From assembly GCA_031553075.1 (NCBI GenBank), contig JAVBLX010000035.1:560-64559 (forward strand): DNA of 64,000 bases. Direction: 5' to 3'. The position numbers were made by a program, and so were the translations under genes. Positions 8,137 through 17,496 of the stretch are shown piece by piece. How positions within the stretch are numbered: position 1 is the stretch's first letter; every line of letters starts with the position of its first letter. Source of the DNA: Acetivibrio sp. (GTDB lineage Bacteria > Bacillota > Clostridia > Lachnospirales > Lachnospiraceae). Under the pieces are notes generated by a model. The model was not told the DNA's origin. It did not search any database and saw only the letters and a program-made list of their open reading frames with translations.

Positions 8137-10797
8137 ATGAAAAAAGAACTTGAAAAAACCTACAATCCCCAAGAGATTGAAGATAGATTATATGGAAAGT
8201 GGATGGAAAAAAAATATTTCCATGCCAAAGTGGATAAGAATAAAAAACCATTCACCATCGTGATCCCCCCTCCAAATATTACGGGGAGGCTGCATATGGG
8301 ACATGCTTTGGATGAAACCATGCAGGATATCCTGATTCGTTTTAAGAGAATGCAAGGCTATGAAGCATTATGGCTTCCCGGAACAGATCATGCCAGTATT
8401 TCCACGGAAGTAAAGGTTATTGATCAGCTGAAAAAAGAAGGCATTGACAAGGCTGAGTTAGGTCGAGAAGGCTTCTTAAAAAGAACCTGGGACTGGAAGA
8501 AGGAATATGGTGGTGCCATTGTGGAACAGCTGAAAAAGCTGGGTTCTTCCTGTGACTGGGACAGAGAACGGTTTACTTTGGATGAAGGCTGCTCCAAAGC
8601 CGTGGAGGAAGTCTTTGTTAAGCTGTATGAGAAGGACATGATTTACAAAGGCTCTCGTATTATTAACTGGTGCCCGGTTTGTCAGACCTCGATTTCGGAT
8701 GCTGAGGTGGAGCATGAAGAGCAGGCCGGCCATTTCTGGCATATTAAATATCCAATCATGGGAGAAGAAGGCCGTTTTGTTGAGATTGCCACAACCAGAC
8801 CAGAAACCCTTCTGGGAGATACGGCGGTTGCTGTACATCCAGAGGATGAAAGATATGCTGATTTAGTTGGAAAAAAAGTACTACTTCCTTTGGTAAACCG
8901 GGAGATTCCGGTGGTCCAGGATACTTATGTGGATAAAGAATTTGGAACTGGTGTGGTAAAGATTACCCCAGCTCATGACCCTAACGATTTCGAGGTGGGA
9001 AAACGGCATAACTTGCCGGAAATTAATGTGATGAATGACGATGCAACCATCAATGAAAAAGGTGGAAAATATGCCGGTTTGGATCGCTATGAAGCCAGAA
9101 AGCAGATGGTTGAAGAACTGAAGGAGCTGGGTCTTTTCGTAAAAGTGGAGGACCATTCCCACAATGTTGGAACCCATGACCGTTGTGGTACGACTGTAGA
9201 GCCAATGATCAAACAGCAGTGGTTTGTTAAAATGGAAGAACTGATTAAACCAGCGGTGGAATCAGTAAAGAGCGGAGAAATCCGACTGATTCCGGAAAGA
9301 ATGGAAAAAACCTATTTCAACTGGACGGATAATATTCGTGACTGGTGTATTTCAAGGCAATTATGGTGGGGACATCGAATTCCGGCCTATTATTGTGATA
9401 AATGCGGCGAAGTAGTAGTAGCAAAGGAAAGTGAAAGACCTTCTGTATGCCCAAAATGTGGACATGACTCCTTGAGCCAGGATGAGGATACCCTGGATAC
9501 CTGGTTCAGCTCAGCACTTTGGCCATTTTCAACCTTAGGATGGCCGGAAAAGACGGAGGAACTGGAATACTTCTATCCTACCAATGTACTGGTGACTGGA
9601 TATGACATTATCTTTTTCTGGGTAATCCGGATGGTATTTTCCGGATTTGAGCATATGGGAGAAAAGCCTTTTGATACGGTATTATTCCATGGTCTTATCA
9701 GAGATGCTCAAGGACGAAAGATGAGTAAATCTTTGGGAAATGGAATTGATCCTTTGGAAATTATTCAGGAATATGGTGCTGATGCCCTTCGGTTTACCTT
9801 AACCACCGGAAATGCACCTGGAAATGATATGCGTTTCCACATGGAACGAGTAGAAGCCAGTCGAAACTTTGCTAATAAAGTATGGAATGCTTCCCGTTTC
9901 ATTATGATGAACCTGGAAAAAGGGGAAGCAACCGATTTTGATCCGGAGAATAAGGACAGCTTTACCCAGGCCGACAAGTGGATTCTTTCCAAAGTAAATA
10001 CACTAATCAAAGATGTAACAGCCAATATGGAAGACTTTGAACTTGGTATTGCGGTTCAAAAGGTATACGACTTTATCTGGGAAGAATTCTGTGACTGGTA
10101 CATCGAAATGGTGAAACCAAGGCTCTATAACGAAGAAGACCAGACCAAGGGAGCAGCCCTTTGGACTCTGAAGACTGTACTCATTCAGTCCTTAAAACTG
10201 TTACATCCATATATGCCATTTGTAACAGAAGAAATTTTTTGTACCCTTCAGGAGAAAGAAGAGTCAATTATGATATCTGATTGGCCGATATATAAAGAAG
10301 AATATAATTTTACAAAAGAGGAAGAGGCCGTGGAAATGGTGAAAACTGCCGTAAAGGGAATCCGAAATGTAAGAGCGGAAATGAACGTTCCTCCAAGTAA
10401 AAAAGCAACCGTAATCGTCGTAACGAAAGAAGAAAAAATTCATACGATATTTGAAAATAGTAAAGTCTTCTTTGCTACCTTGGGATATGCCAGTGAAGTG
10501 GTAATCCAGGCAGATAAAGAAGGGGTTCCTGAGGATGCTGTGTCTACTGTAATCAGCGGTGCAACCATTTATATGCCTTTTGCCGAGTTGGTAGATATCA
10601 GTAAGGAAATCGAGCGTCTGGAAAAAGAAAAGGAACGCCTGGATAGTGAGCTCCGCCGGGTAAATGGCATGCTGAATAATGAAAAATTTGTTAGCAAAGC
10701 ACCGGAAGCCAAGCTGAAAGAAGAAAGAGAAAAGCTTGAAAAATACACCAGTATGATGAACCAGGTAACAGAACGTTTGGAGAACCTTAAAAACTAG
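8137..10797 (+). CDS. valS: Valine--tRNA ligase
   Basis: 886 aa. HIGH-type motif ([15 protein letters not shown]), KMSKS motif ([10 protein letters not shown]), and the C-terminal coiled coil typical of ValRS. Confidence 0.97.
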   Translation: MKKELEKTYNPQEIEDRLYGKWMEKKYFHAKVDKNKKPFTIVIPPPNITGRLHMGHALDETMQDILIRFKRMQGYEALWLPGTDHASISTEVKVIDQLKKEGIDKAELGREGFLKRTWDWKKEYGGAIVEQLKKLGSSCDWDRERFTLDEGCSKAVEEVFVKLYEKDMIYKGSRIINWCPVCQTSISDAEVEHEEQAGHFWHIKYPIMGEEGRFVEIATTRPETLLGDTAVAVHPEDERYADLVGKKVLLPLVNREIPVVQDTYVDKEFGTGVVKITPAHDPNDFEVGKRHNLPEINVMNDDATINEKGGKYAGLDRYEARKQMVEELKELGLFVKVEDHSHNVGTHDRCGTTVEPMIKQQWFVKMEELIKPAVESVKSGEIRLIPERMEKTYFNWTDNIRDWCISRQLWWGHRIPAYYCDKCGEVVVAKESERPSVCPKCGHDSLSQDEDTLDTWFSSALWPFSTLGWPEKTEELEYFYPTNVLVTGYDIIFFWVIRMVFSGFEHMGEKPFDTVLFHGLIRDAQGRKMSKSLGNGIDPLEIIQEYGADALRFTLTTGNAPGNDMRFHMERVEASRNFANKVWNASRFIMMNLEKGEATDFDPENKDSFTQADKWILSKVNTLIKDVTANMEDFELGIAVQKVYDFIWEEFCDWYIEMVKPRLYNEEDQTKGAALWTLKTVLIQSLKLLHPYMPFVTEEIFCTLQEKEESIMISDWPIYKEEYNFTKEEEAVEMVKTAVKGIRNVRAEMNVPPSKKATVIVVTKEEKIHTIFENSKVFFATLGYASEVVIQADKEGVPEDAVSTVISGATIYMPFAELVDISKEIERLEKEKERLDSELRRVNGMLNNEKFVSKAPEAKLKEEREKLEKYTSMMNQVTERLENLKN

Positions 10798-10833
10798 TTT
10801 GAAAATAGGATTTGGGGAATGTGAGGTGGGTAT

Positions 10834-12219
10834 ATGGCAATTAATATTGAAAGAAATCAGTCTGTTGTCAAGATATCACAGGATAGTATGCGTGCTTATT
10901 TGAATCTTTGTGAACCTGACCCTGGACAGGAATACAATGTGACTGATTTAATCGAAATTTTAAATAAACACAATGTCCTGGAAGGTATTAAAAGAGATGT
11001 ACTCAGTCTTATACTTGAAAAAAAAGACTACTATATGGATTTTCTGGTAGCAGAAGGCACACCAGCCGTAGATGGAACCGACGGAAGCTTTGAGTTTCTG
11101 TTTAATCTTAGTAACGATACCAAACCAAGAATATTGGAGGATGGCTCCATCGATTACACCAGTATTCGGACCGTGGAAACGGTGGAAGCCGGCTCCGAGA
11201 TTGCCCGATATAGCAGGGCAACTCAAGGAAAGGATGGTATTGATGTTTGCGGGCGGATATTAAAGTGTCGACAGGGCAGGGAGCTGCCTCAATTAAAAGG
11301 AAAAGGGTTTAATCTGTCAGAGGATAAGCTTGTTTATAAAGCTGCCATTACAGGAAAGGCGGAATATGCCAATGACCGTTTGACGGTAAGTAATATTTTA
11401 ATCATTGAAGGCGATGTTAATAATATCTCTGGAAGCGTTGAATTTGCAGGAGACGTGGAGGTTAGAGGAAATGTTATTACCGGTATGACCATCAAAGCCA
11501 GAGGCAGCATTTTTGTCAATGGTCATGTGGAAAGTGCTCAGTTAATATCCGGTGGAGATGTAATCTTGAAAAATGGGATGCAGGGAGGCGGAAAGGGTGA
11601 AATCAGGGCAGAAGGTGAGGTTTCTGGTAAGTTCTTTGAGCAGACCACGATTTACACAAAAGGCTCTGTAAAAGCCAATGCCATTTTAAACTGCTATATT
11701 ATTGCTGAGCAGGAAATATTGGTTTCTGGTAAGCGTGGGGTTATAGTCGGAGGAGATATCAGAGCCATCCGGCGGGTAGAAGCGACCACCATTGGCAATG
11801 TGTCAGAGGTTAAGACAAAAGTATCGGCGGGCGTGGATATGGATACCCACAATCATCTGAATCTTGTTCACGATAAGTTAGACAGTGTCTTAAGAGAAAC
11901 CACCAAGATGGAAGAGGTTATGACCCTCATCAACCGGGCCTTGGAAAATGGCCCAAATCCAGAGCTTTCCGCACGCAAGATGGATATTATGCGTCAGAAG
12001 ATTGAAAAAGATTGTGTCATCAGCAGTTTGCAGCAGGAAGTAAGAAGCACCAGAATTAAAATTGATAATGCTGGTGATGCAAAGATTATAGTAAGTAAAA
12101 ATATTTATCGGGGCGCCAAAATTACCATAAATGGAGTTACTAAAATTTTAGAAACAGATAACTATAACGTATTCTATGTAAAAGAAGACGGGGAAATTGC
12201 CTGTAAACAGAACTTTTAA
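10834..12219 (+). CDS. FapA / DUF342 family protein
   Basis: 461 aa. The N-terminal region (VKISQDSMRAYLNL..P......V....I...L....V..GI) and the repetitive G-x-V/I beta-helix-like core (VEFAGDVEVRGNVITGMTIKARGSIFVNGHVESAQLISGGDVIL) are characteristic of DUF342. Confidence 0.75.
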   Translation: MAINIERNQSVVKISQDSMRAYLNLCEPDPGQEYNVTDLIEILNKHNVLEGIKRDVLSLILEKKDYYMDFLVAEGTPAVDGTDGSFEFLFNLSNDTKPRILEDGSIDYTSIRTVETVEAGSEIARYSRATQGKDGIDVCGRILKCRQGRELPQLKGKGFNLSEDKLVYKAAITGKAEYANDRLTVSNILIIEGDVNNISGSVEFAGDVEVRGNVITGMTIKARGSIFVNGHVESAQLISGGDVILKNGMQGGGKGEIRAEGEVSGKFFEQTTIYTKGSVKANAILNCYIIAEQEILVSGKRGVIVGGDIRAIRRVEATTIGNVSEVKTKVSAGVDMDTHNHLNLVHDKLDSVLRETTKMEEVMTLINRALENGPNPELSARKMDIMRQKIEKDCVISSLQQEVRSTRIKIDNAGDAKIIVSKNIYRGAKITINGVTKILETDNYNVFYVKEDGEIACKQNF

Positions 12220-12245
12220 TGTCGAAAAAGGGAGATAAACTATTA

Positions 12246-12275
12246 TTGACTTTTTTCCATGGTTACAGTTATGAT
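12246..12275 (+). promoter_or_regulatory. Candidate sigma-A promoter
   Basis: TTGACT (12246-12251), 18-nt spacer, TATGAT (12270-12275). It lies upstream of the small ORF / TPR gene pair. Confidence 0.35.
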
Positions 12276-12339
12276 AGAATGGTATTTTAAATAGCCCTAT
12301 TCATTTAGAAACGATGTATTAGAGGGACAGGAGGTACAG

Positions 12340-12480
12340 ATGATTAATTTCGAAGAAGAGTTAAAGAAGTTCCAACCAAGTCTGGAAGTTGATCAGGCAG
12401 AAGATGCCATATATAACAATGATTCCACGGATGTGACAGACATTATTCGTGATATGCTTAAAGAGATGAAAGGCAACTAA
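12340..12480 (+). CDS. Small acidic protein (46 aa), hypothetical
   Basis: Not in the track (under 60 aa). ATG follows GGAGGT with a 5-nt spacer. Translation: MINFEEELKKFQPSLEVDQAEDAIYNNDSTDVTDIIRDMLKEMKGN. It ends 39 nt before the next gene. Confidence 0.45.
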   Translation: MINFEEELKKFQPSLEVDQAEDAIYNNDSTDVTDIIRDMLKEMKGN

Positions 12481-12519
12481 TGGCAGTAATAAAACTGTCA
12501 GCAAAATGGGAGTAAAAAG

Positions 12520-13902
12520 ATGACATGTCCAATTTGTGAGAAAGAAATATCTTTTCAGGAAAAAATCTGCAGTGGCTGTGGACAAGACCTGACGATATAT
12601 CGAAGAATTATCAGTGTGTCCAACCACTATTATAACGAGGGACTGGAAAAGGCAAAGGTGCGTGATTTATCAGGTGCGGTGGATAGCTTAAAAAAGAGTC
12701 TGCGTTTCAATAAAAAGAACACGCAGGCCAGAAATCTCCTGGGCGTTATTTATTATGAAATGGGAGAAGTGGTTTCAGCTCTTCGGGAATGGGTCTTAAG
12801 TAAGAACTTTCAGGTGGAGGACAACCCGGCAGATGACTATATGGCAGCGGTTCAGGCCAACGCTACCAAGCTGGAAAACATTAACCAGACAATCAAAAAA
12901 TACAACAGTGCGTTGGGCTATGCAAAGCAGGGAAGTGAAGACCTGGCGATTATGCAGCTGGAGAAGGTAGTCAGCTTAAATCCTAAGTTTATACGGAGTC
13001 ATCAGCTTCTGGCATTGCTGTATATGAAAAGCGGGGAAGAGCGAAAAGCCGCCAAATGTTTGGCAAAGGCCAATTCGATTGATAAAAACAACACTCTTAC
13101 CTTAAAATATATGAGTGAGCTTCCTGATTCTTTGAAAGGAGAAAGCAAAGAAAGCTCTGCCATTCGGAGAAAGCTGCCGGAACAGGATTTAAGTCCCCAG
13201 GTATTTAACACGACTACCTATAAAGAGGACAAGGTGAACATCTGGCCTTATCTGAATCTTTTGATTGGCGCCGTACTAGGAATTGCTGTGGTATACTTTT
13301 TGATTGTCCCCACAGTAAAGAAAAATGTTGTTGCTCAATACCAGGATCAGCTTAAAACCTATAATGACCAGATGGCTTCACAGAGTATTACGGCCAATCA
13401 GCTTACCAACGAAAATGAACAGCTGAAAGATCAGGTGGAGAGCCTTACGAGTGAGATGGATGACTTAAAGATGAAGGCCTCGGATGAAAATCTGTATGAC
13501 AGTTTTTTTGAAGCCATTGATTTTTACTTAGAGGGAGAAAAGGATAAAGCTGCTGAAAAACTGGCTGAGGTAAAGGAAAGTGATATTGATAACCCGAAGG
13601 CAAAGGAAATTTACAGTATCATTAAGGAATCTACCTTCATTGATGCAGCAGAACAGCTTGCCGAAGAAGGACGAAATACTTATAACAGCGGCAAATATGA
13701 AGAAGCCATTGTGGCACTGGAACAGGCACTTAGCATGGATTCGAGTAATGTGAAAGCAATTTATTTTCTTGGTCGTTCCTATCATCGGCTGAAAGAATAT
13801 GACAAAGCAAGGGAATATTACAGTATGATTGTAAACGATTACCCGGATTCAGACCGCGTGTCTGATGCTACAAGGCGATTAAGAGAGATACCAGCAAGTT
13901 AA
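12520..13902 (+). CDS. Zinc-ribbon / TPR-repeat membrane-anchored protein
   Basis: N-terminal CPIC...CSGC zinc ribbon, TPR-like repeats on both sides of one TM helix (WPYLNLLIGAVLGIAVVYFLIV), and a coiled-coil segment. Confidence 0.8.
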   Translation: MTCPICEKEISFQEKICSGCGQDLTIYRRIISVSNHYYNEGLEKAKVRDLSGAVDSLKKSLRFNKKNTQARNLLGVIYYEMGEVVSALREWVLSKNFQVEDNPADDYMAAVQANATKLENINQTIKKYNSALGYAKQGSEDLAIMQLEKVVSLNPKFIRSHQLLALLYMKSGEERKAAKCLAKANSIDKNNTLTLKYMSELPDSLKGESKESSAIRRKLPEQDLSPQVFNTTTYKEDKVNIWPYLNLLIGAVLGIAVVYFLIVPTVKKNVVAQYQDQLKTYNDQMASQSITANQLTNENEQLKDQVESLTSEMDDLKMKASDENLYDSFFEAIDFYLEGEKDKAAEKLAEVKESDIDNPKAKEIYSIIKESTFIDAAEQLAEEGRNTYNSGKYEEAIVALEQALSMDSSNVKAIYFLGRSYHRLKEYDKAREYYSMIVNDYPDSDRVSDATRRLREIPAS

Positions 13903-13926
13903 TACATACTTACAAAAGAAGTCTAC

Positions 13927-13969
13927 AATCACAGAATGTAATGGATTCTGTGATTGCCGGACTTTTTTT
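13927..13969 (+). terminator. Intrinsic terminator after the TPR gene
   Basis: 11-bp stem AATCACAGAAT / ATTCTGTGATT with a 7-nt loop. A T7 run follows 7 nt downstream. Confidence 0.55.
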
Positions 13970-14081
13970 GTGGCATTGGTATTCATAGGAGGAATGAGAA
14001 GAGCGATTCTTTCCCGACTCTTGTATGAGGGTAGAAATGGGAAAGGAGCAGTAAAAAGCTTAATATGGAAAGGAGATTTAT

Positions 14082-14417
14082 ATGGATACAAACTATGAGG
14101 TTTATGAACGCTGTCTTGTAATTTATATGAATGATGATTTGGATCATCATTATGCTGTTCGTCTGCGGGAGGAGTCAGACCGCCTGATTGATTCTAAAAA
14201 TATTAAAAATATTATTTTTGATTTTAATGGTGTAGATTTCATGGACAGCTCAGGAATTGGGGTCATTATGGGAAGGTATAAAAAAGTAATCTTTACTGGC
14301 GGGAAAGTGGCGGTTACTTCTGTAAATGGACCGGTTGACCGAATCTTCAAAGTTTCGGGGCTTTATAAGATTATTGATAAATATAATACAGTGAAGGATG
14401 CCTTAGGGGCATTTTAA
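14082..14417 (+). CDS. spoIIAA: Anti-sigma F factor antagonist (STAS domain)
   Basis: 111 aa. STAS pattern with DFNGVDFMDSSGIGVIMG (phospho-serine motif DSSG). First gene of the spoIIA operon order. Confidence 0.9.
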   Translation: MDTNYEVYERCLVIYMNDDLDHHYAVRLREESDRLIDSKNIKNIIFDFNGVDFMDSSGIGVIMGRYKKVIFTGGKVAVTSVNGPVDRIFKVSGLYKIIDKYNTVKDALGAF

Positions 14418-14432
14418 CAGGGGAGGATAAGT

Positions 14433-14870
14433 ATGGACAGAAGTGAAATTTTTTTGGAATTTGAAAGTGATTCAAGAAATGAGAGCTTTGCCAGGATAGT
14501 GGTAACGGCTTTTGTTGCAAGATTGGATCCTGACATGGAAGAGATAGCGGATATTAAGACTTCTATTTCGGAGGCAGTTACCAATTCGATTATTCATGCG
14601 TACCCGGAAGAAAAGGGGAAAATTCAGCTGCGGTGTGTCGTGGAGGGAAATCAGGTGTTTTTTGAAATTACTGATTTTGGTATTGGAATTGCTGATTTGG
14701 AAAAGGCCAGGGAGCCCCTTTATACGTCCAAGCCTGGTTTTGATCGGGCAGGAATGGGTTTTTCCTTTATGGAAAGTTTTATGGATAGTCTTACGGTAGA
14801 ATCTAAAGTTGGTGAAGGAACCAAAGTACACATGATAAAGAAGATAGGAGGAGAAAAGAAGGGAATGTGA
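14433..14870 (+). CDS. spoIIAB: Anti-sigma F factor (serine kinase)
   Basis: 145 aa. GHKL N-box (SEAVTNSIIHAY) and G-box (GMGFSFME). Sits between spoIIAA and sigF. Confidence 0.92.
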   Translation: MDRSEIFLEFESDSRNESFARIVVTAFVARLDPDMEEIADIKTSISEAVTNSIIHAYPEEKGKIQLRCVVEGNQVFFEITDFGIGIADLEKAREPLYTSKPGFDRAGMGFSFMESFMDSLTVESKVGEGTKVHMIKKIGGEKKGM

Positions 14871-14880
14871 CTGGCATAAC

Positions 14881-15594
14881 ATGAAAGAAGTTCGGGATTT
14901 GATAATAGAGGCTCAGGGTGGAGATAAAGAGGCCAGAGACGAGCTGATTACCAGCAATCTGGCTCTGGTATGGAGTATTGTAAAACGCTTTGCCAACCGA
15001 GGATATGAGTCACAGGATTTGTTTCAAATCGGAAGCATTGGTTTGATTAAAGCAATTGATAAATTTGATATAAGTTTTGATGTAAAGTTTTCTACCTATG
15101 CAGTTCCCATGATTAGTGGGGAAATCAAGAGATTTCTTCGAGATGATGGAATGATAAAGATGAGTCGTTCTATTCGGGAAAATGGCTGGAAAGTAAGACG
15201 GGCAACGGATCTTTTGTGTTTTTCTCTGGGAAGAGATCCTACGATTGAAGAAATTGCAGTGGAAGCAGAGCTTTCGGTAGAAGACGTGTGTATGGCACTG
15301 GAAGCCAATGTAGAAGTAGAATCCCTTCATAAGACGATTTATCAGGGCGATGGAAATGAAATAACGCTGGAGGACAAACTGCCTTCTAATGTAGATGAAA
15401 GCGAGGCAATTTTAAATCATATGCTGATGAAACAGCTGATGGAGTCTTTGGAAGAGGAGGAACGGGAGCTGATTACTCTTAGGTATTTTGAAGATAAGAC
15501 TCAGACGGAAGTGGCCAAGCGGCTGGGGGTGTCACAGGTGCAGGTGTCACGACTGGAGAAGAAGATATTAAGGCGTTTGCGTAGTAAGCTTTAA
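14881..15594 (+). CDS. sigF: Sporulation sigma factor SigF
   Basis: 237 aa. Region 2 sequence GLIKAIDKFDISFDVKFSTYAVPMISGEIKRFLRDDGMIKMSRS and a region 4 HTH (TQTEVAKRLGVSQVQVSRLEKK). Confidence 0.93.
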   Translation: MKEVRDLIIEAQGGDKEARDELITSNLALVWSIVKRFANRGYESQDLFQIGSIGLIKAIDKFDISFDVKFSTYAVPMISGEIKRFLRDDGMIKMSRSIRENGWKVRRATDLLCFSLGRDPTIEEIAVEAELSVEDVCMALEANVEVESLHKTIYQGDGNEITLEDKLPSNVDESEAILNHMLMKQLMESLEEEERELITLRYFEDKTQTEVAKRLGVSQVQVSRLEKKILRRLRSKL

Positions 15595-15616
15595 TGGTTT
15601 AAATAAATGTACAGAA

Positions 15617-15680
15617 ATAAAAGAATAGAAAAAAGAATAGAAATAAAAAGAATAGAAATAAAAAGAATTGAGATAATAAG
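15617..15680. repeat. A-rich short tandem repeat (GAATAGAAA core, 12-15 nt period, about 4 copies)
   Basis: GAATAGAAA occurs at 15623, 15635 and 15650, with a GAATTGAGA variant at 15665. Located in the spacer between sigF and the spoVA operon. Confidence 0.8.
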
Positions 15681-15705
15681 GTTAAGCTAATAAAGAGGTG
15701 ATCAT

Positions 15706-15843
15706 GTGAGAAAACGGAATGTTGCAGTAATCACAGCCATGCTCGTATTAATTTGCCTTATTTTTTTTGTAACAAAATCGGGTGGAAAGCAGGCTGAGTA
15801 TGAAGGAATACTGGTGAAAAGGGAGTGTGAAGTAAATCTATGA
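15706..15843 (+). CDS. Possible 45-aa single-TM protein translationally coupled to spoVAA
   Basis: GTG lies 5 nt after GAGGTG. Translation: VRKRNVAVITAMLVLICLIFFVTKSGGKQAEYEGILVKRECEVNL. Its TGA overlaps the spoVAA ATG (ATGA). Confidence 0.35.
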   Translation: MRKRNVAVITAMLVLICLIFFVTKSGGKQAEYEGILVKRECEVNL

Positions 15844-16472
15844 CCCCAAGGAATGTATTATATTTAAAAGCGGAGCAATGTACAACCATTTCCAATAAAA
15901 AGATATTTGTGGAAGATGTTGTGAAGATATATGGGGAAAACAAGAATTTGGTAAAGGATGTATCCCGCCAAATCTTTATGACGATTAAAAAGGATGCTGA
16001 TATGGATTATATTGTTTCCATATTAAAAGTGATGGAAGTAATTCATAGTACGGTGACGAATGTGGAGTTGATCAATCTGGGAGAGACCGATTTTGTCATT
16101 GAATATCGAAGTCCAAAACCAGAGAGAAAGGTTTGGGAATATGGAAAGTCCGCATTTATTTGCCTGATTGCATTCTTTGGAGCAGCGTTTACCATTATGA
16201 CCTTTAATACGGATGTCGGTGTAAGCGATGTGTTTGATAAAATATATAAACTGGTTCTAGGGAAGGATGCTCTGCGAAATGGTGTAGTGGAAATTGGCTA
16301 TTCCATAGGCTTGGTTACTGGGGTTCTGATTTTTTATAATCATCTTCTTCGTAAGCATATTCAGTCGGATTTAACGCCCATACAGATTGAAATGCGTAAA
16401 TTTGAAGAAGAGAAGAATCGAGCAAAGATTATGACTGCATCCAGGGAGGGAAAAAGCATTGATGCTGATTAG
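15840..16472 (+). CDS. spoVAA: Stage V sporulation protein AA
   Basis: 210 aa. The soluble N-domain plus C-terminal TM helices, and its position at the head of the spoVA operon, match SpoVAA. Confidence 0.85.
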   Translation: MTPRNVLYLKAEQCTTISNKKIFVEDVVKIYGENKNLVKDVSRQIFMTIKKDADMDYIVSILKVMEVIHSTVTNVELINLGETDFVIEYRSPKPERKVWEYGKSAFICLIAFFGAAFTIMTFNTDVGVSDVFDKIYKLVLGKDALRNGVVEIGYSIGLVTGVLIFYNHLLRKHIQSDLTPIQIEMRKFEEEKNRAKIMTASREGKSIDAD

Positions 16473-16875
16473 AAGCCTTTTTGGCGGGTTTCTGGGGATT
16501 TGTGGTGGTGCCGTAGTAGGAGCGGGTGTTTTTGGTTTTATTACCTTAATTGATATTTTCCCAAGACTGGCTGACCGGACCAATACAGCATCCCATATTA
16601 AGATCTATGAATGGTGCATTATATGGGGTGGTGCCGTAGGAAATATGATTTCTGTTTTTGACACAAAAATATGGGGCGGAAATCCTATTCTAGGCATTTT
16701 TGGCTTGTTTTCGGGTATGTTTGTGGGATGCCTGGCACTGGCCATTGCAGAGACCTTACGAGTCATTCCCATATTTGTTCAAAGAAGTAAACTTAAGTAT
16801 GGGCTGGTATGGATTATCTTATTCCTTGCCTTGGGAAAAGGAATTGGTAGCTTCTACCAGCTATATATTCATTAA
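16459..16875 (+). CDS. spoVAB: Stage V sporulation protein AB
   Basis: 138 aa polytopic membrane protein overlapping the spoVAA stop. Operon position supports the call. Confidence 0.85.
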   Translation: MMLIRSLFGGFLGICGGAVVGAGVFGFITLIDIFPRLADRTNTASHIKIYEWCIIWGGAVGNMISVFDTKIWGGNPILGIFGLFSGMFVGCLALAIAETLRVIPIFVQRSKLKYGLVWIILFLALGKGIGSFYQLYIH

Positions 16876-16969
16876 TGCACAATAAGCGTGCAGATGGGAG
16901 CATGGAGAGAGAAGATGCTTCACTTTCCCCTTATTTAAACGCACGTCAAAGCGTGCAGATAGGAGCTAA

Positions 16970-17458
16970 ATGGAAAAAGATAAAAAGAAACCTGGGATAT
17001 CGGATGTATTGAAGGAAACGGACCAGACAAAGCGAAATGAAAAATATAATGAATACGTTAAGGAAGTAACGCCAACTCATAACTGCTTTGTTAATTTATT
17101 GAATGCCTTTTGGATGGGCGGACTTATTTGTACCTTGGGACAGGTCATCCTTAACTGCCTGATTGGTACGGGAATGGATAAAGAGGTTGCAGGCTTTTAT
17201 AATGTCATAATCTTGATTCTGTTAAGCGTGCTTCTTACCGGACTCCAGATATATCCTAAGCTGGCCAAGCTTGGTGGTGCAGGAACGGTAGTGCCAATTA
17301 CGGGATTTGCTAATTCTGTGGCTGCACCGGCAATTGAATATAAGACCGAGGGACAGGTATTTGGAATTGGCTGTAAAATCTTTACCATTGCGGGGCCGGT
17401 TATTTTATATGGTATTTTAAGCAGCTGGATATTAGGAATTATTTATTATGTGTTTTAA
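16970..17458 (+). CDS. spoVAC: Stage V sporulation protein AC
   Basis: 162 aa. Conserved GGAGTVVPITGFANSV segment and 4 TM helices. Confidence 0.9.
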   Translation: MEKDKKKPGISDVLKETDQTKRNEKYNEYVKEVTPTHNCFVNLLNAFWMGGLICTLGQVILNCLIGTGMDKEVAGFYNVIILILLSVLLTGLQIYPKLAKLGGAGTVVPITGFANSVAAPAIEYKTEGQVFGIGCKIFTIAGPVILYGILSSWILGIIYYVF

Positions 17459-17496
17459 GAAGTATATACGCGCGAAAGCGCAGATGGGAGCCTGCC

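Noticed and set aside
16902-17009. A 35-codon ORF (MEREDASLSPYLNARQSVQIGAKWKKIKRNLGYRMY) starting right after the orphan AGATGGGAG motif in the spoVAB-spoVAC spacer.
   Set aside because: The ATG is only 1 nt from the SD-like GGGAG. The frame runs across the real spoVAC SD and start in another frame. The sequence looks like translated spacer.
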